Part shown: piece by piece, positions 1 to 13,600 of the stretch
How the letters are laid out: the number at the start of each line of letters is the position of its first letter
How positions within the stretch are numbered: position 1 is the first letter of the stretch
Source: Eledone cirrhosa
Taxonomy: Eukaryota
Length of the DNA: 64,000 nucleotides
Assembly: GCA_964016885.1 (NCBI GenBank)
Contig: OZ024760.1
Coordinates: 30,628,001 to 30,692,000 of the forward strand
Direction: 5' to 3'
The notes under the pieces: generated by a model
Told to the model about the DNA's origin: nothing
The model's input: only the letters and a program-made list of their open reading frames with translations
The model's database searches: none
Program-made: the position numbers and the translations under genes

Positions 1-1139
1 GTAATGTAATGTAATGTAATGTAATGTAACGTAATGTAATGTAATGTAATGTAATGTAATGTAATGTAATGTAATGTGTAATGTAATGTAATGTAATGTA
101 ATGTAATGTGTAATGTAATGTGTAATGTAATGTAATGTAATGTAATGTAATGTGTAATGTAATGTAATGTAATGTAATGTAATGTAATGTAATGTGTAAT
201 GTAATGTAATGTAATGTAATGTGTAATGTAATGTAATGTAATGTAATGTAATGTGTAATGTAATGTAATGTAATGTAATGTGTAATGTCATGTAATGTAA
301 TGTAATGTGTAATGTAATGTAATGTAATGTCATGTAATGTAATGTGTAATGTAAGGTAATGTAATGTAATGCAATGTAATGTAATGTGTAATGTAATGTA
401 ATGTAATGTAATGTATTGTAATGTGTAATGTAATGTAATGTAATGTAATGTAATATAATGTAATGTAATGTGTAATGTAATGTAATGTAATGTAATGTGT
501 AATGTAATGTAATGTAATGTAATGTAACGTAATGTAATGTAATGTAGTGTAATGTAATGTGTAATGTAATGTGTAATGTAATGTAATGTAATGTAATATA
601 ATCTAATGTAATGTAATCTAATGTGTAAAGTAATGTAATGTAATATAATGTAATGAGTAATGTAATGTAATGTAATGTAATGTAATGTGTAACGTAACGT
701 AATGTAATGTAATGTAATGTAATGTAATGTGTAATGTGTAATGTGTAATGTAATGTAATGTAATGTAATGTAATGTAATGTGTAATGTAATGTAATGTAA
801 CGTAATGTAATGTAATGTAATGTAATGTGTAATGTAATGTAATGTAATGTAATATAATGTAAAGTGTAACGTAATGTAATGTAATGTAATGTGTAATGTA
901 ATGTAATGTAATGTAATGTAATATAATGTAATGTAATGTAATGTAATGTAATGTAATGTAGTGTAATATAATGTAATATAATGTAATGTGTAATGTAATG
1001 TAATGTAATGTGTAATGTAATGTAATGTAATGTAATGTAATGTGTAATGTCATGTAATGTAATGTAATTGAATGTAATGTAATGTGTAATGTAAGGTAAC
1101 GTAATGTAATGTAATGTAATGTAATGTGTAATGTAATGT

Positions 1140-3330
1140 AATGTAATGTGTAATTTAATGTAATGTAATGTAATGTAATGTAATGTAATGTGTAATGTAA
1201 TGTAATGTAATGTAATGTAATGTGTAATGTAATGTAATGTAATGTAATGTAATGTAATGTAATGTATGGTAATGTAATGTAATGTAATGTAATGTGTAAT
1301 GGAATGTAATGTAATGTAATGTAATGTAATATAATGTGTAATGTAATGTAATGTAATGTAATGTAATGTAATGTAATGTGTAATGTAATGTAATGTAATG
1401 TAATATAATATAATATAATATAATATAATATAATATAATATAATATAACATAATATAATATGTAATGTAATGTAATGTAATGTAATGTAATGTAATGTGT
1501 AATGTAATGTAATGTAATGTAATGTAATGTAATGTAATGTAATGTAATGTGTAATGTAATGTAATGTAACGTAATGTAATGTAATGTAATGTAATGTGTA
1601 ATGTAATGTAATGTAATGTAATGTAATGTAATGTCTAATGTAATGTATGTAATGTAATGTAATGTAATGTGTAATGTAATGTAATGTAATGTAATGTAAT
1701 GTGTAATGTAATGTGTAATATAATTTAATGTAATGTAATGTAATGTAATGTAATGTAATGTGTAATGTAATGTGTAACGTAATGTAATGTAACGTAATGT
1801 AATGTACTGTGTAATGTAATGTAATGTAATGTAATGTAATGTAATGTACAGTAATGTAATGTGTAATGTAATGTAATGTGTAATGTAATGTAATGTATAA
1901 TGTAATGTAATGTAATGTAATGTAATGTGTAACGTAATGTGTAACGTAATGTAATGTAATGTAATGTAATGTAATGTAATGTAATGTAAAGTGTAATGTG
2001 TAACGTGTAATGTAATGTAATGTAATGTAATGTAATGTAATGTAATGTAATGTGTAATGTAATGTAATGTAATGTAATGTAATGTAATGTGTAATGTGTA
2101 ACGTGTAATGTAATGTAATGTAATGTAATGTAATGTAATGTAATATAATGTAATGTAATGTGTAATGTAATGTAATGTAATGTAATGTGAAATGTAATGT
2201 AATGTAATGTAATGTAATGTAATGTGTAATGTAATGTAATGTAATGTGTAATGTAATGTAATGTAATGTAATGTAATGTAATGTAATGTAATGTAATGTA
2301 ATGTAATGTGTAATTTAATGTAATGTAATGTAATGTAATGTAATGTAATGTGTAATGTAATGTAATGTAATGTAATGTAATGTGTAATGTAATGTAATGT
2401 AATGTAATGTAATGTAATGTAATGTATGGTAATGTAATGTAATGTAATGTAATGTGTAATGGAATGTAATGTAATGTAATGTAATGTAATATAATGTGTA
2501 ATGTAATGTAATGTAATGTAATGTAATGTAATGTAATGTGTAATGTAATGTAATGTAATGTAATATAATATAATATAATATAATATAATATAATATAATA
2601 TAATATAACATAATATGTAATGTAATGTAATGTAATGTAATGTAATGTAATGTGTAATGTAATGTAATGTAATGTAATGTAATGTAATGTAATGTAATGT
2701 AATGTGTAATGTAATGTAATGTAACGTAATGTAATGTAATGTAATGTAATGTGTAATGTAATGTAATGTAATGTAATGTAATGTGTAATGTAATGTGTAA
2801 TATAATTTAATGTAATGTAATGTAATGTAATGTAATGTAATGTAATGTGTAATGTAATGTGTAACGTAATGTAATGTAACGTAATGTAATGTACTGTGTA
2901 ATGTAATGTAATGTAATGTAATGTAATGTAATGTACAGTAATGTAATGTGTAATGTAATGTAATGTGTAATGTAATGTAATGTATAATGTAATGTAATGT
3001 AATGTAATGTAATGTGTAACGTAATGTGTAACGTAATGTAATGTAATGTAATGTAATGTAATGTAATGTAATGTAAAGTGTAATGTGTAACGTGTAATGT
3101 AATGTAATGTAATGTAATGTAATGTAATGTAATGTAATGTAATGTGTAATGTAATGTAATGTAATGTAATGTAATGTAATGTGTAATGTGTAACGTGTAA
3201 TGTAATGTAATGTAATGTAATGTAATGTAATGTAATATAATGTAATGTAATGTGTAATGTAATGTAATGTAATGTAATGTGAAATGTAATGTAATGTAAT
3301 GTAATGTAATGTAATGTGTAATGTAATGTA
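1140..3330. repeat. ~1.1-1.16 kb tandem higher-order duplication
   Basis: Identical translated ORFs at 1155..1451 and 2315..2611 (offset 1160). The rare words gtactgt, gtacagt and gtgaaat appear in the same order in both halves. Confidence 0.85.
1421..1461. repeat. (ATAAT)n island (first of ~29)
   Basis: Pure AT pentamer tract. Others start near 2561, 7977, 8473, 9525, 10304, 13206, 16604, 18023, 18839, 21667, 22421, 30509, 32483, 33872, 34708, 37294, 37899, 39516, 41556, 42162, 43774, 48436, 50438, 54395, 56325, 58279, 61333 and 62080. Confidence 0.93.
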
Positions 3331-6300
3331 ATGTAATGTAATATGTAATGTAAGGTAACGTAATGTAATGTAATGTAATGTAATGTAATGTGTAATGTAA
3401 TGTAATGTAATGTAATGTGTAATTTAATGTAATGTAATGAAATGTAATGTAACGTAATGTTTAATGTAATGTAATGTAATGTAATGTGTAATGTGTAATG
3501 TAATGTAATGTAATGTAATGTGTAATGTAATGTAATATAATGTAATGTAATGTAATGTAATGTATGGTAATGTAATGTAATGTGTAATGTAATGTAATGT
3601 AATGTAATGTAATGTAATGTAATGTAATGTAATGTAATGTAAGTAATGTACTGTGTAATGTCATGTAATGTAATATGAAGTGTAATGTAATGTAATGTAA
3701 TGTAAAGTAATGTAACGTGTAATGTAACGTAATGTAATGTAATCTAACGTGTAATGTAATGTAACGTAATGTAATGTAATGTAATGCAATGTAATGTAAT
3801 GTGTAAAGTAATGTAATGTAATATAATGTAACGTGTAATGTAATGTAATGTAATGTAATGTAATGTAATGTGTAATGTAATGTAATGTGTAATGTAATGT
3901 AATGTACTGTGTAATGTCATGTAATGTAATATGAAGTGTAATGTAACGTAATGTAATGTAATGTAATGTAATGTAATGTAATGTAATGTAATGTCTAGTG
4001 TAATGTAACGTAATGTAATTTAATGTGTAATGTAATGTAATGTAATGTAATGTGTAATGTAATGTGTAATGTAATGTAATGTAATGTAATGTAATGTAAT
4101 GTAATGTAATATAATGTAATGTGTAATGTAATGTGTAATGTAATGTAATGTAACGTAATGTAATGTACTGTAACGTAATGTAATGTAATGTGTAATATAA
4201 TGTAATGTAATGTAATGTAATGTAATGTAATGTGTAATGTAATGTAATGTGTATGTAATGTAATGTATAATGTAATGTAATGTAATGTAATGTAACGTAA
4301 TGTAATGTAATGTAATGTAATGTAATGTAATGTAATGTGTAATGTAATGTAATGTGATGTAATGTGTAATGTAATGTAATGTAATGTAATGTAATGTAAT
4401 ATAATGTAATGTAATATAATGTAATGTAATGTGTAATGTAATGTAATGTAATGTAATGTGATGTAATATAATGTGTAATGTAATGTAATGTAATGTAATG
4501 TGTCATGTAATGTAATGTAATGTAATGTGTAATGTAATGTAATGTAATGTAATGTGTAATGTAAGGTAACGTAATGTAATGTAATGTAATGTGTAATGTA
4601 ATGTAATGTAAAGTAATGTGTAATGTAATGTAATGTAATGTAATGTAATGTAATGTGTAATGTAATGTAATGTAACGTAATGTAATGTAATGTAATGTGT
4701 AATGTAATGTAATGTAATGTAATGTAATGTAATGTAATGTAATGTAATGTAATGTGTAATGCAATGTAATGTAATGTAATGTAACGTAATGTAATGTAAT
4801 GTAATGTAATGTAATGTAACGTGTAATGTAATGTAATGTAATGTAATGTAATGTGTAATGTAATGTGTAATGTAATGTAATGTAATGTAATGTGTAATGT
4901 AATGTAATGTAATGTAATGTAATGTAATGTAATGTGTAATGTAATGTAATGTAATGTAATGTAATGTAATGTGTAATGTAATGTAATGTAATGTAATGTA
5001 ATGTTATGTAATGTGTAATGTAATGTAATGTAATGTAATGTGTAATGTAATGTAATGTAATGTAATGTGTAATGTCATGTAATGTAATGTAATGTGTAAT
5101 GTAATGTAATGTAATGTCATGTAATGTAATGTGTAATGTAAGGTAATGTAATGTAATGCAATGTAATGTAATGTGTAATGTAATGTAATGTAATGTAATG
5201 TAATCTAATGTAATGTAATGTATTGTAATGTAATGTGTAATGTAATGTAATGTAATGTAATGTAATGTAATGTAATGTAATGTAATGTAATGTGTAATGT
5301 AATGTAATGTAATGTAATGTGTAATTTCATTTAATGTAATGTAATGTAATGTAATGTAATGTAATGTAGTGTAATGTAATGTGTAATGTAATGTGTAATG
5401 TAATGTAATGTAATGTAATATAATCTAATGTAATGTAATCTAATGTGTAAAGTAATGTAATGTAATATAATGTAATGAGTAATGTAATGTAATGTAATGT
5501 AATGTAATGTAATGTAATGTAATGTGTAACATAACGTAATGTAATGTAATGTAATGTAATGTAATGTGTAATGTGTAATGTGTAATGTAATGTAATGTAA
5601 TGTAATGTAATGTGTAATGTAATGTAATGTAACGTAATGTAATGTAATGTAATGTAATGTGTAATGTAATGTAATGTAATGTAATATAATGTAAAGTGTA
5701 ATGTATTGTAATGTAATGTAATGTGTAATGTAATGTAATGTAATGTAATGTAATATAATGTAATGTAATGTAGTGTAATGTAATGTAATGTAGTGTAATA
5801 TAATGTAATATAATGTAATGTGTAATGTAATGTAATGTAATGTAATGTGTAATGTAATGTAATGTAATGTAATGTGTAATGTCATGTAATGTAATGTAAT
5901 GTAATGTGTAATTTAATGTAATGTAATGTATTGTAATGTAATGTAATGTAATGTAATGTAATGTAATGTAATGTAATGTAATGTAATGTAATGTAATGTA
6001 ATGTAATGTAATGTAATGTAATGTATGGTAATGTAATGTAATGTAATGTAATGTGATGTAATATAATGTGTAATGTAATGTAATGTAATGTAATGTGTCA
6101 TGTAATGTAATGTAATGTGTAATGTAATGTAATGTAATGTAATGTGTAATGTAAGGTAACGTAATGTAATGTAATGTAATGTGTAATGTAATGTAATGTA
6201 AAGTAATGTGTAATGTAATGTAATGTAATGTAATGTAATGTAATGTGTAATGTAATGTAATGTAACGTAATGTAATGTAATGTAATGTGTAATGTAATGT

Positions 6301-8700
6301 AATGTAATGTAATGTAATGTAATGTAATGTGTAATGCAATGTAATGTAATGTAATGTAACGTAATGTAATGTAATGTAATGTAATGTAACGTGTAATGTA
6401 ATGTAATGTAATGTAATGTAATGTGTAATGTAATGTGTAATGTAATGTAATGTAATGTAATGTGTAATGTAATGTAATGTAATGTAATGTAATGTGTAAT
6501 GTAATGTAATGTAATGTAATGTAATGTGTAATGTAATGTAATGTAATGTAATGTAATGTGTAATGTAATGTAATGTAATGTGTAATGTAATGTAATGTAA
6601 TGTAATGTGTAATGTCATGTAATGTAATGTGTAATGTAATGTAATGTAATGTCATGTAATGTAATGTGTAATGTAATGTGTAATGTAAGGTAATGTAATG
6701 TAATGCAATGTAATGTAATGTGTAATGTAATGTAATGTAATGTAATGTAATCTAATGTAATGTAATGTATTGTAATGTAATGTGTAATGTAATGTAATGT
6801 AATGTAATGAAATGTAATGTAATGTAATGTAATGTAATGTGTAATGTAATGTAATGTAATGTAATGTGTAATTTCATTTAATGTAATGTAATGTAATGTA
6901 ATGTAATGTAGTGTAATGTAATGTGTAATGTAATGTGTAATGTAATGTAATGTAATGTAATATAATCTAATGTAATGTAATCTAATGTGTAAAGTAATGT
7001 AATGTAATATAATGTAATGAGTAATGTAATGTAATGTAATGTAATGTAATGTAATGTAATGTAATGTGTAACATAACGTAATGTAATGTAATGTAATGTA
7101 ATGTAATGTGTAATGTGTAATGTGTAATGTAATGTAATGTAATGTAATGTAATGTGTAATGTAATGTAATGTAACGTAATGTAATGTAATGTAATGTAAT
7201 GTAATGTGTAATGTAATGTAATGTAATGTAATATAATGTAAAATGTAACGTATTGTAATGTAATGTAATGTGTAATGTAATGTAATGTAATGTAATGTAA
7301 TGTAATATAATGTAATGTAATGTAATGTAATGTAATGTAATGTAGTGTAATATAATGTAATATAATGTAATGTGTAATGTAATGTAATGTAATGTAATGT
7401 AATGTGTAATGTAATGTAATGTAATGTAATGTGTAATGTCATGTAATGTAATGTAATGTAATGTGTAATTTAATGTAATGTAATGTAATGTAATGTAATG
7501 TAATGTAATGTAATGTAATGTAATGTAATGTAATGTAATGTAATGTAATGTAATGTAATGTAATGTAATGTAATGTATGGTAATGTAATGTAATGTAATG
7601 TAATGTAATGTAATGTAATGTATGGTAATGTAATGTAATGTAATGTAATGTGTAATGGAATGTAATGTAATGTAATGTAATGTATTGTAATGTAATGTAA
7701 TGTGTAATGTAATGTAATGTAATATAATGTAATGTAATGTAATGTAATGTAATGTAATGTAATGTATGGTAATGTAATGTAATGTGTAATGTAAGGTAAC
7801 GTAATGTAATGTAATGTGTAATGTAATGTAATGTAATGTGTAATTTAATGTAATGTAATGTATTGTAATGTAATGTAATGTAATGTAATGTAATGTAATG
7901 TAATGTAATGTAATGTAATGTAATGTAATGTAATGTAATGTAATGTAATGTGTAATGTAATGTAATGTAATGTAATGTAATATAATATAATATAATATAA
8001 TATAATATAATATAATATAATATAATATAACATAATATAATATGTAATGTAATGTAATGTAATGTAATATAATGTAATGTAATGTGTAATGTAATGTAAT
8101 GTAACGTAATGTAATGTAATGTAATGTGTAATGTAATGTAATGTAATGTAATGTGTAATGTAATGTAACGTAATGTAATGTAACGTAATGTAATGTAATG
8201 TAACGTAATGTAATGTAATGTAATGTGTAATGTAATGTAATTTAATGTAATGTAATGTAATGTAATGTAATGTAATGTGTAATGTAACGTAATGTAATGT
8301 GTAATGTAATGTAATGTAATGTAATGTAATGTAATGTAATGTAACGTAATGTAACGTGTAATTTAATGTAATGTAATGTGTAATGTAATGTAATGTGTAA
8401 TGTAATGTAATGTAATGTAATGTAATGTAATGTGTAATATAATGTAATGTAATGTAATGTAATATGTAATGTAATATAATATAATATAATATAATATAAT
8501 ATAATATAATATAATATAATATACTATGTAATGTAATGTAATGTAATGTAATGTAAAGTAACGTAATGTTTAATGTAATGTAATGTGTAATGTACTGTAA
8601 TTTTTTCTACTTTAGGCACAAGGCCAGCAATTACCCAGTGCATTACTGGTACTTTATTTTATCGACCCCGTAAGGATGAAAGGCAAAGTCAACCTCGGCG

Positions 8701-8712
8701 GGATTTGAACTC
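8701..8712 (-). promoter_or_regulatory. Pol III type-2 B box (representative)
   Basis: GAGTTCAAATCC matches the GTTCRANNC B-box consensus. It is conserved in 14 of 15 copies; the 36108 copy is truncated within it. Confidence 0.8.
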
Positions 8713-8763
8713 ATATCGTAAAGGGACATAACTATGCTGGAAAGCATGGCGTCCGATCCTCTA

Positions 8764-8775
8764 CCAATAATGCCA
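8764..8775 (-). promoter_or_regulatory. Pol III type-2 A box-like motif (representative; present in all full-length copies)
   Basis: TGGCATTATTGG here and TGGCAGTATYGG in other copies, starting 11 nt from the element 5' end, the position expected for a tRNA A box. Confidence 0.65.
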
Positions 8776-10588
8776 ATCCACCGCCAATGTGTAATGTAAT
8801 GTAATGTAATGTAATGTAATGTAATGTAATGTAATGTAATGTAATGTAATGTAATGTAATGTAATGTGTATTGTAATGTAATGTAATGTAATGTAATGTA
8901 TAATGTAATGTAATGTAACGTAATGTGTAATGTAATGTAATGTAATGTAATATAATGTAATGTAATGTAATGTAATGTAATGTAATGTCATGTAATGTAA
9001 TGTAATGTAATGTAATGTAATGTAATGTGTAATGTAATGTAATGTAATGTAATGTAATGTAATGTGTAATGTCATGTAATGTAATGTAATGTGTAATGTA
9101 ATGTAATGTAATGTGTAATGTAAGGTAACGTAATGTAATGTAATGTAATGTGTAATGTAATGTAATGTAATGTGTAATTTAATGTAATGTAATGTAATGT
9201 AATGTAATGTAACGTGTAATGTAATGTAATGTAATGTAATGTAATGTAATGTAATGTAATGTAATGTGTAATGTGTAATGTAATGTAATGTAATGTAATG
9301 TAATGTAATGTAATGTGTAATGTAACGTAATGTAATGTAATGTAATGTAATGTAATGTATGGTAATGTAACGTAATGTAATGTGTAATGAAATGTAATGT
9401 AATGTAATGTAATGTAATGTAATGTAATCTAATGTAATGTAATGTAATGTAATGTAATGTGTAATGTAATGTAATGTAATGTAATGTAATGTAATGTAAT
9501 GTAATGTAATGTGTAATGTAATGTAATATAATATAATATAATATAATATAATATAATATAATATAATATAATATAATATAATATAACATAACATAATATA
9601 ATATGTAATGTAATGTAAAGTAATGTAATGTAAAGTGTAATGTAATGTAATGTAATGTAATGTAATGTAATGTAATGTGTAATGTAATGTAATGTAATGT
9701 GTAATGTAATGTAATGTAATGTAATGTAATGTAATGTAATGTAATGTAATGTGTAATGTAATGTAATGTAATGTGTAATGTAATGTAATGTAATGTAATG
9801 TAATGGAATGTAATGTAATGGAATGTAATGTAATGTAATGTGTAATGTAATGTAATGTAATGTGTAATGTAATGTAATGTAATGTATAATGTAATGTAAT
9901 GTAATGTAATGTGTAATGTCATGTAATGTAATGTGTAATGTAATGTAATGTAATGTAATGTAATGTAATGTAATGTAATGTAATGTAATGTAATGTAATG
10001 TATAATGTAAGGTAACGTAATGTAATGTAACGTAATGTAATGTGTAATATAATGTAATGTAATGTAATGTGTAATGTAATGTAATGTAATATAATGTAAT
10101 GTGTAATGTAATGTAATTTAATGTAATGTAATGTAATGCAATGTGTAAGGTGTAATGTAATGTAATCTAATGTAATATATTGTAATGTGTAATGTAATGT
10201 GTAATGTAATGTAATGTAATGTAATGTGTAATGTAATGTAATGTAATGTAATGCAATGTAATGTAATGTAATGTGTAATGTAATGTAATGTGTAATGTAA
10301 TGTAATATAATATAATATAATATAATATAATATAATATAATATAATATAATATAACATAATATAATATGTAATGTAATGTAATGTAATGTAATGTAATGT
10401 AACGTAATGTAATGTGTAATGTAATGTAATGTATAATGTAATGTAATGTAATGTAATGTAAAGTAATGTAATGTGTAACCTAATGTAATGTAATGTAATA
10501 TAATGTAATGTAATGTAATGTAATGTAATGTAATGTAATGTGTAATGTGTAATGTAATGTAATGTAATGTAATGTAATGTAATGTGTA

Positions 10589-10666
10589 ATTACTGGTACT
10601 TTATTTTATCGACCCCGTAAGGATGAAAGGCAAAGTCAACCTCGGCGGGATTTGAACTAAGATCGT
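10589..10666 (-). mobile_element. 78-bp internal SINE fragment (B box + central domain; no A box, no 3' tail)
   Basis: attactggtactttattttatcgacc...gggatttgaactaagatcgt, flanked by satellite on both sides. Confidence 0.88.
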
Positions 10667-13600
10667 GTAATGTGTAATGTGTAATGTGTAATGTAATGTA
10701 ATGTAATGTAACGTAATGTAATGTGTAATGTAATGTAATGTAATATAATGTAATGTAATGTAATGTAATGTAATGTAATGTAATGTAATGTAATGTAACG
10801 TAATGTAATGTGTAATGTAATGTAATGTAATGTAATGTAACGTGTAAGTTAATGTAATGTAATGTAATGTAATGTAATGTGTAATGTAATGTGTAATGTG
10901 TAATGTGTAATGTAATGTAATGTAATGTAATGTAATGTGTAATGTAATGTAATATATAATGTAATGTAATGTAATGTAATATAATGTAATTTAATGTAAT
11001 GTAATGTAATGTAATGTATTGTAATGTGTAATGTAATGTAATGTAATATAATGTGTAAGTTAATGTAATGTAATGTAATGTAATGTAATGTAATGTAATG
11101 TAATGTAATGTAATGTAATGTGTAATGTAATGTAATGTAATGTAATGTAATGTAATGTAATGTAATGTAATGTGTAATGTAATGTAATGTAATGTAATGT
11201 AATGTAATATGTAATGTAATGTAATGTAATGTAATGTAATGTGTAATGTAATGTAATGTAATGTAATGTAATGTAATGTAATGTAATGTGTAATGTAATG
11301 TAATGTGTAACGTAATGTAATGTAATGTATTGTGTAATGTCATGTAATGTAATGTAATGTGTAATGTAATGTAATGTAATGTAATGTAATGTGTAATGTA
11401 AGGTGATGTAATGTAATGTAATGTCATGTAATGTAATGTAATGTGTAATGTAATGTAATGTAATGTAATCTAATGTAATGTAATGTATTGTAATGTAATG
11501 TAATGTAATGTAATGTAATGTAATGTAATGTAATGTAATGTAACGTGTAATGTAATGTAATGTAATATGTAATTTCATGTAATTTAATGTAATGTAATGT
11601 AATGTAATGTAATGTGTAATGTATAATGTAATGTAATGTAATGTAATGTAATGTAATGTAATCTGTAATGTAATGTGTAATGTAATGTAATGTAATGTAA
11701 CGTTTAATGTAACGCAATGTAATGTAATGTAATGTGTAATGTAATGTAATGTAATTTAATGTAATGTAATGTAATGTAATGTAATGTAATGTAATGTAAT
11801 GTAATGTGTAATGTGTAATGTAATGTGTAATGTAATGTAATGTAACGTAATGTAATGTAATGTAATATGTAATGTAATGTGTAATGTAATGTAATGTAAC
11901 GTAATGTAATGTAATGTGTAATGTAATGTTATGTAATGTAATGTAATGTAATGTAATGTAATATGTAATGTAATGTAATGTGTAATGTAATGTAATGTAT
12001 AATGTAATGTAATGTAATGTAATGTAATGTAATGTAATGTAATGTGTAATGTAACGTAATGTAATGTAATGTAATGTAATGTGTAATGTAATGTAATGTA
12101 ATGTAATGTAATGTAATGTAATGTAATGTGTAATGTATTGTAATGTAACGTAATGTAATGTAATGTAATATGTAATGTAATGTAATGTAATGTGTAATGT
12201 AATGTGTAATGTAATGTAATGTAACGTAATGTAATGTAATGTGTAATGTAATGTAATGTTATGTAATGTAATGTAATGTAATGTAATGTAATGTAATGTA
12301 ATGTAATGTAATGTAATGTAATGTAATGTAATGTAATGTGTAATGTAATGTAATGTGTAACGTAATGTAATGTATAATGTAATGTAATGTAATGTAATGT
12401 AATGTAATGTAATGTGTAACGTAATGTAATGTAATGTAATGTAATGTGTAATGTAACGTAATGCAATGTAATGTAATGTAATGTAATGTGTAATGTAATG
12501 TAATGTAATGTAATGTAATGTGTAATGTAACGTAATGTAATGTAATGTAATGTAATGTGTAATGTAATGTAATGTAATGTAATGTAATGTAATGTGTAAT
12601 GTATTGTAATGTAATGTAATATAATGTAATGTAATGTAATGTATGTGTAATGTAATGTAATGTAATGTGTAATGTGATGTAATGTAATGTAATGTGTAAT
12701 GTAATGTAATGTAATGTAATGTAATGTAATGTAATGTAATGTGTAATGTAATGTAATGTAATGTAATGTATAATGTAATGTTATGTAATGTAATGTAATG
12801 TAATGTAATGTAATGTAATGTAATGTAATGTAATGTAATGTATAATGTAAGGTAACGTAATGTAATGTAACGTAATGTAATGTGTAATATAATGTAATGT
12901 AATGTAATGTGTAATGTAACGTAATGTAATGTAATGTAATGTGTATTGTAATGTAATGTAATGTAATGTAATGTAATGTAATGTAATGTAATGTAATGTG
13001 TAAGGTGTAATGTAATGTAATGTAATGTAATATAATGTGTAATGTAATGTAATGTAATGTGTAATGTAATGTAATGTAATGTGTAATGTAATGTAATGTA
13101 ATGTAATGTAATGTGTAATGTAATGTAATGTAATGTAATGTAATGTAATGTAATGTAATGTAATTTGGAATGTAATGTAATGTAATGGGTAATGTAATGT
13201 AATGTAATATAATATAATATAATATAATATAATATAATATAATATAATATAATATAATATAACATAATATAATATGTAATGTAATGTAATGTAATGTAAT
13301 GTAATGTAATGTGTAATGTCATGTAATGTAATGTAATGTAATGTAATATAATGTAATGTAATGTAATGTAATGTAATGTAATGTAATGTAATGTGTAATG
13401 TAAGGTAACGTAATGTAATGTAATGTAATGTAATGTGTAATGTAATGTAATGTAATGTAATGTAATGTAATGTATAATGTAAGGTAACGTAATGTAATGT
13501 AACGTAATGTAATGTGTAATATAATGTAATGTAATGTAATGTGTAATGTAACGTAATGTAATGTAATGTAATGTAATGTGTATTGTAATGTAATGTAATG

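Larger units (their letters stand above)
8601..8785 (-). mobile_element. tRNA-derived SINE-like element, full length (185 bp), subtype A
   Basis: The minus strand reads GGCGGTGGATTGGCATTATTGG...GAGTTCAAATCCCGCC (A box, B box, GGCGG/CCGCC acceptor-like pairing). It continues GAGGTTGACTTTGCCTTTCATCCTTACGGGGTCGATAAAATAAAGTACCAG and ends GGCCTTGTGCCTAAAGTAGAAAAAA. The element is repeated 15 times in the window. Confidence 0.88.

Noticed and set aside
8696-8785. Functional tRNA gene
   Set aside because: It has A/B boxes and partial acceptor pairing, but I could not fold a canonical cloverleaf with a 7-nt anticodon loop, and it is fused to a conserved ~95-bp non-tRNA body, which is typical of a SINE head.
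8590-8800. Target-site duplications flanking SINE copies
   Set aside because: Both flanks are the same simple repeat, so any apparent TSD is uninformative.
9525-9603. RIP-like processive TpG-to-TpA mutation as the origin of AATAT islands
   Set aside because: The islands share a stereotyped end and vary in length among paralogues, which fits slippage plus duplication. Neighbouring SINEs show no RIP pattern and the element looks metazoan.
11928-11937. GTTATGTAAT PAR-bZIP/E4BP4-like sites and other TF motifs in variant units
   Set aside because: They are one substitution from the satellite consensus and so expected by chance, and no nearby gene or enrichment is evident.
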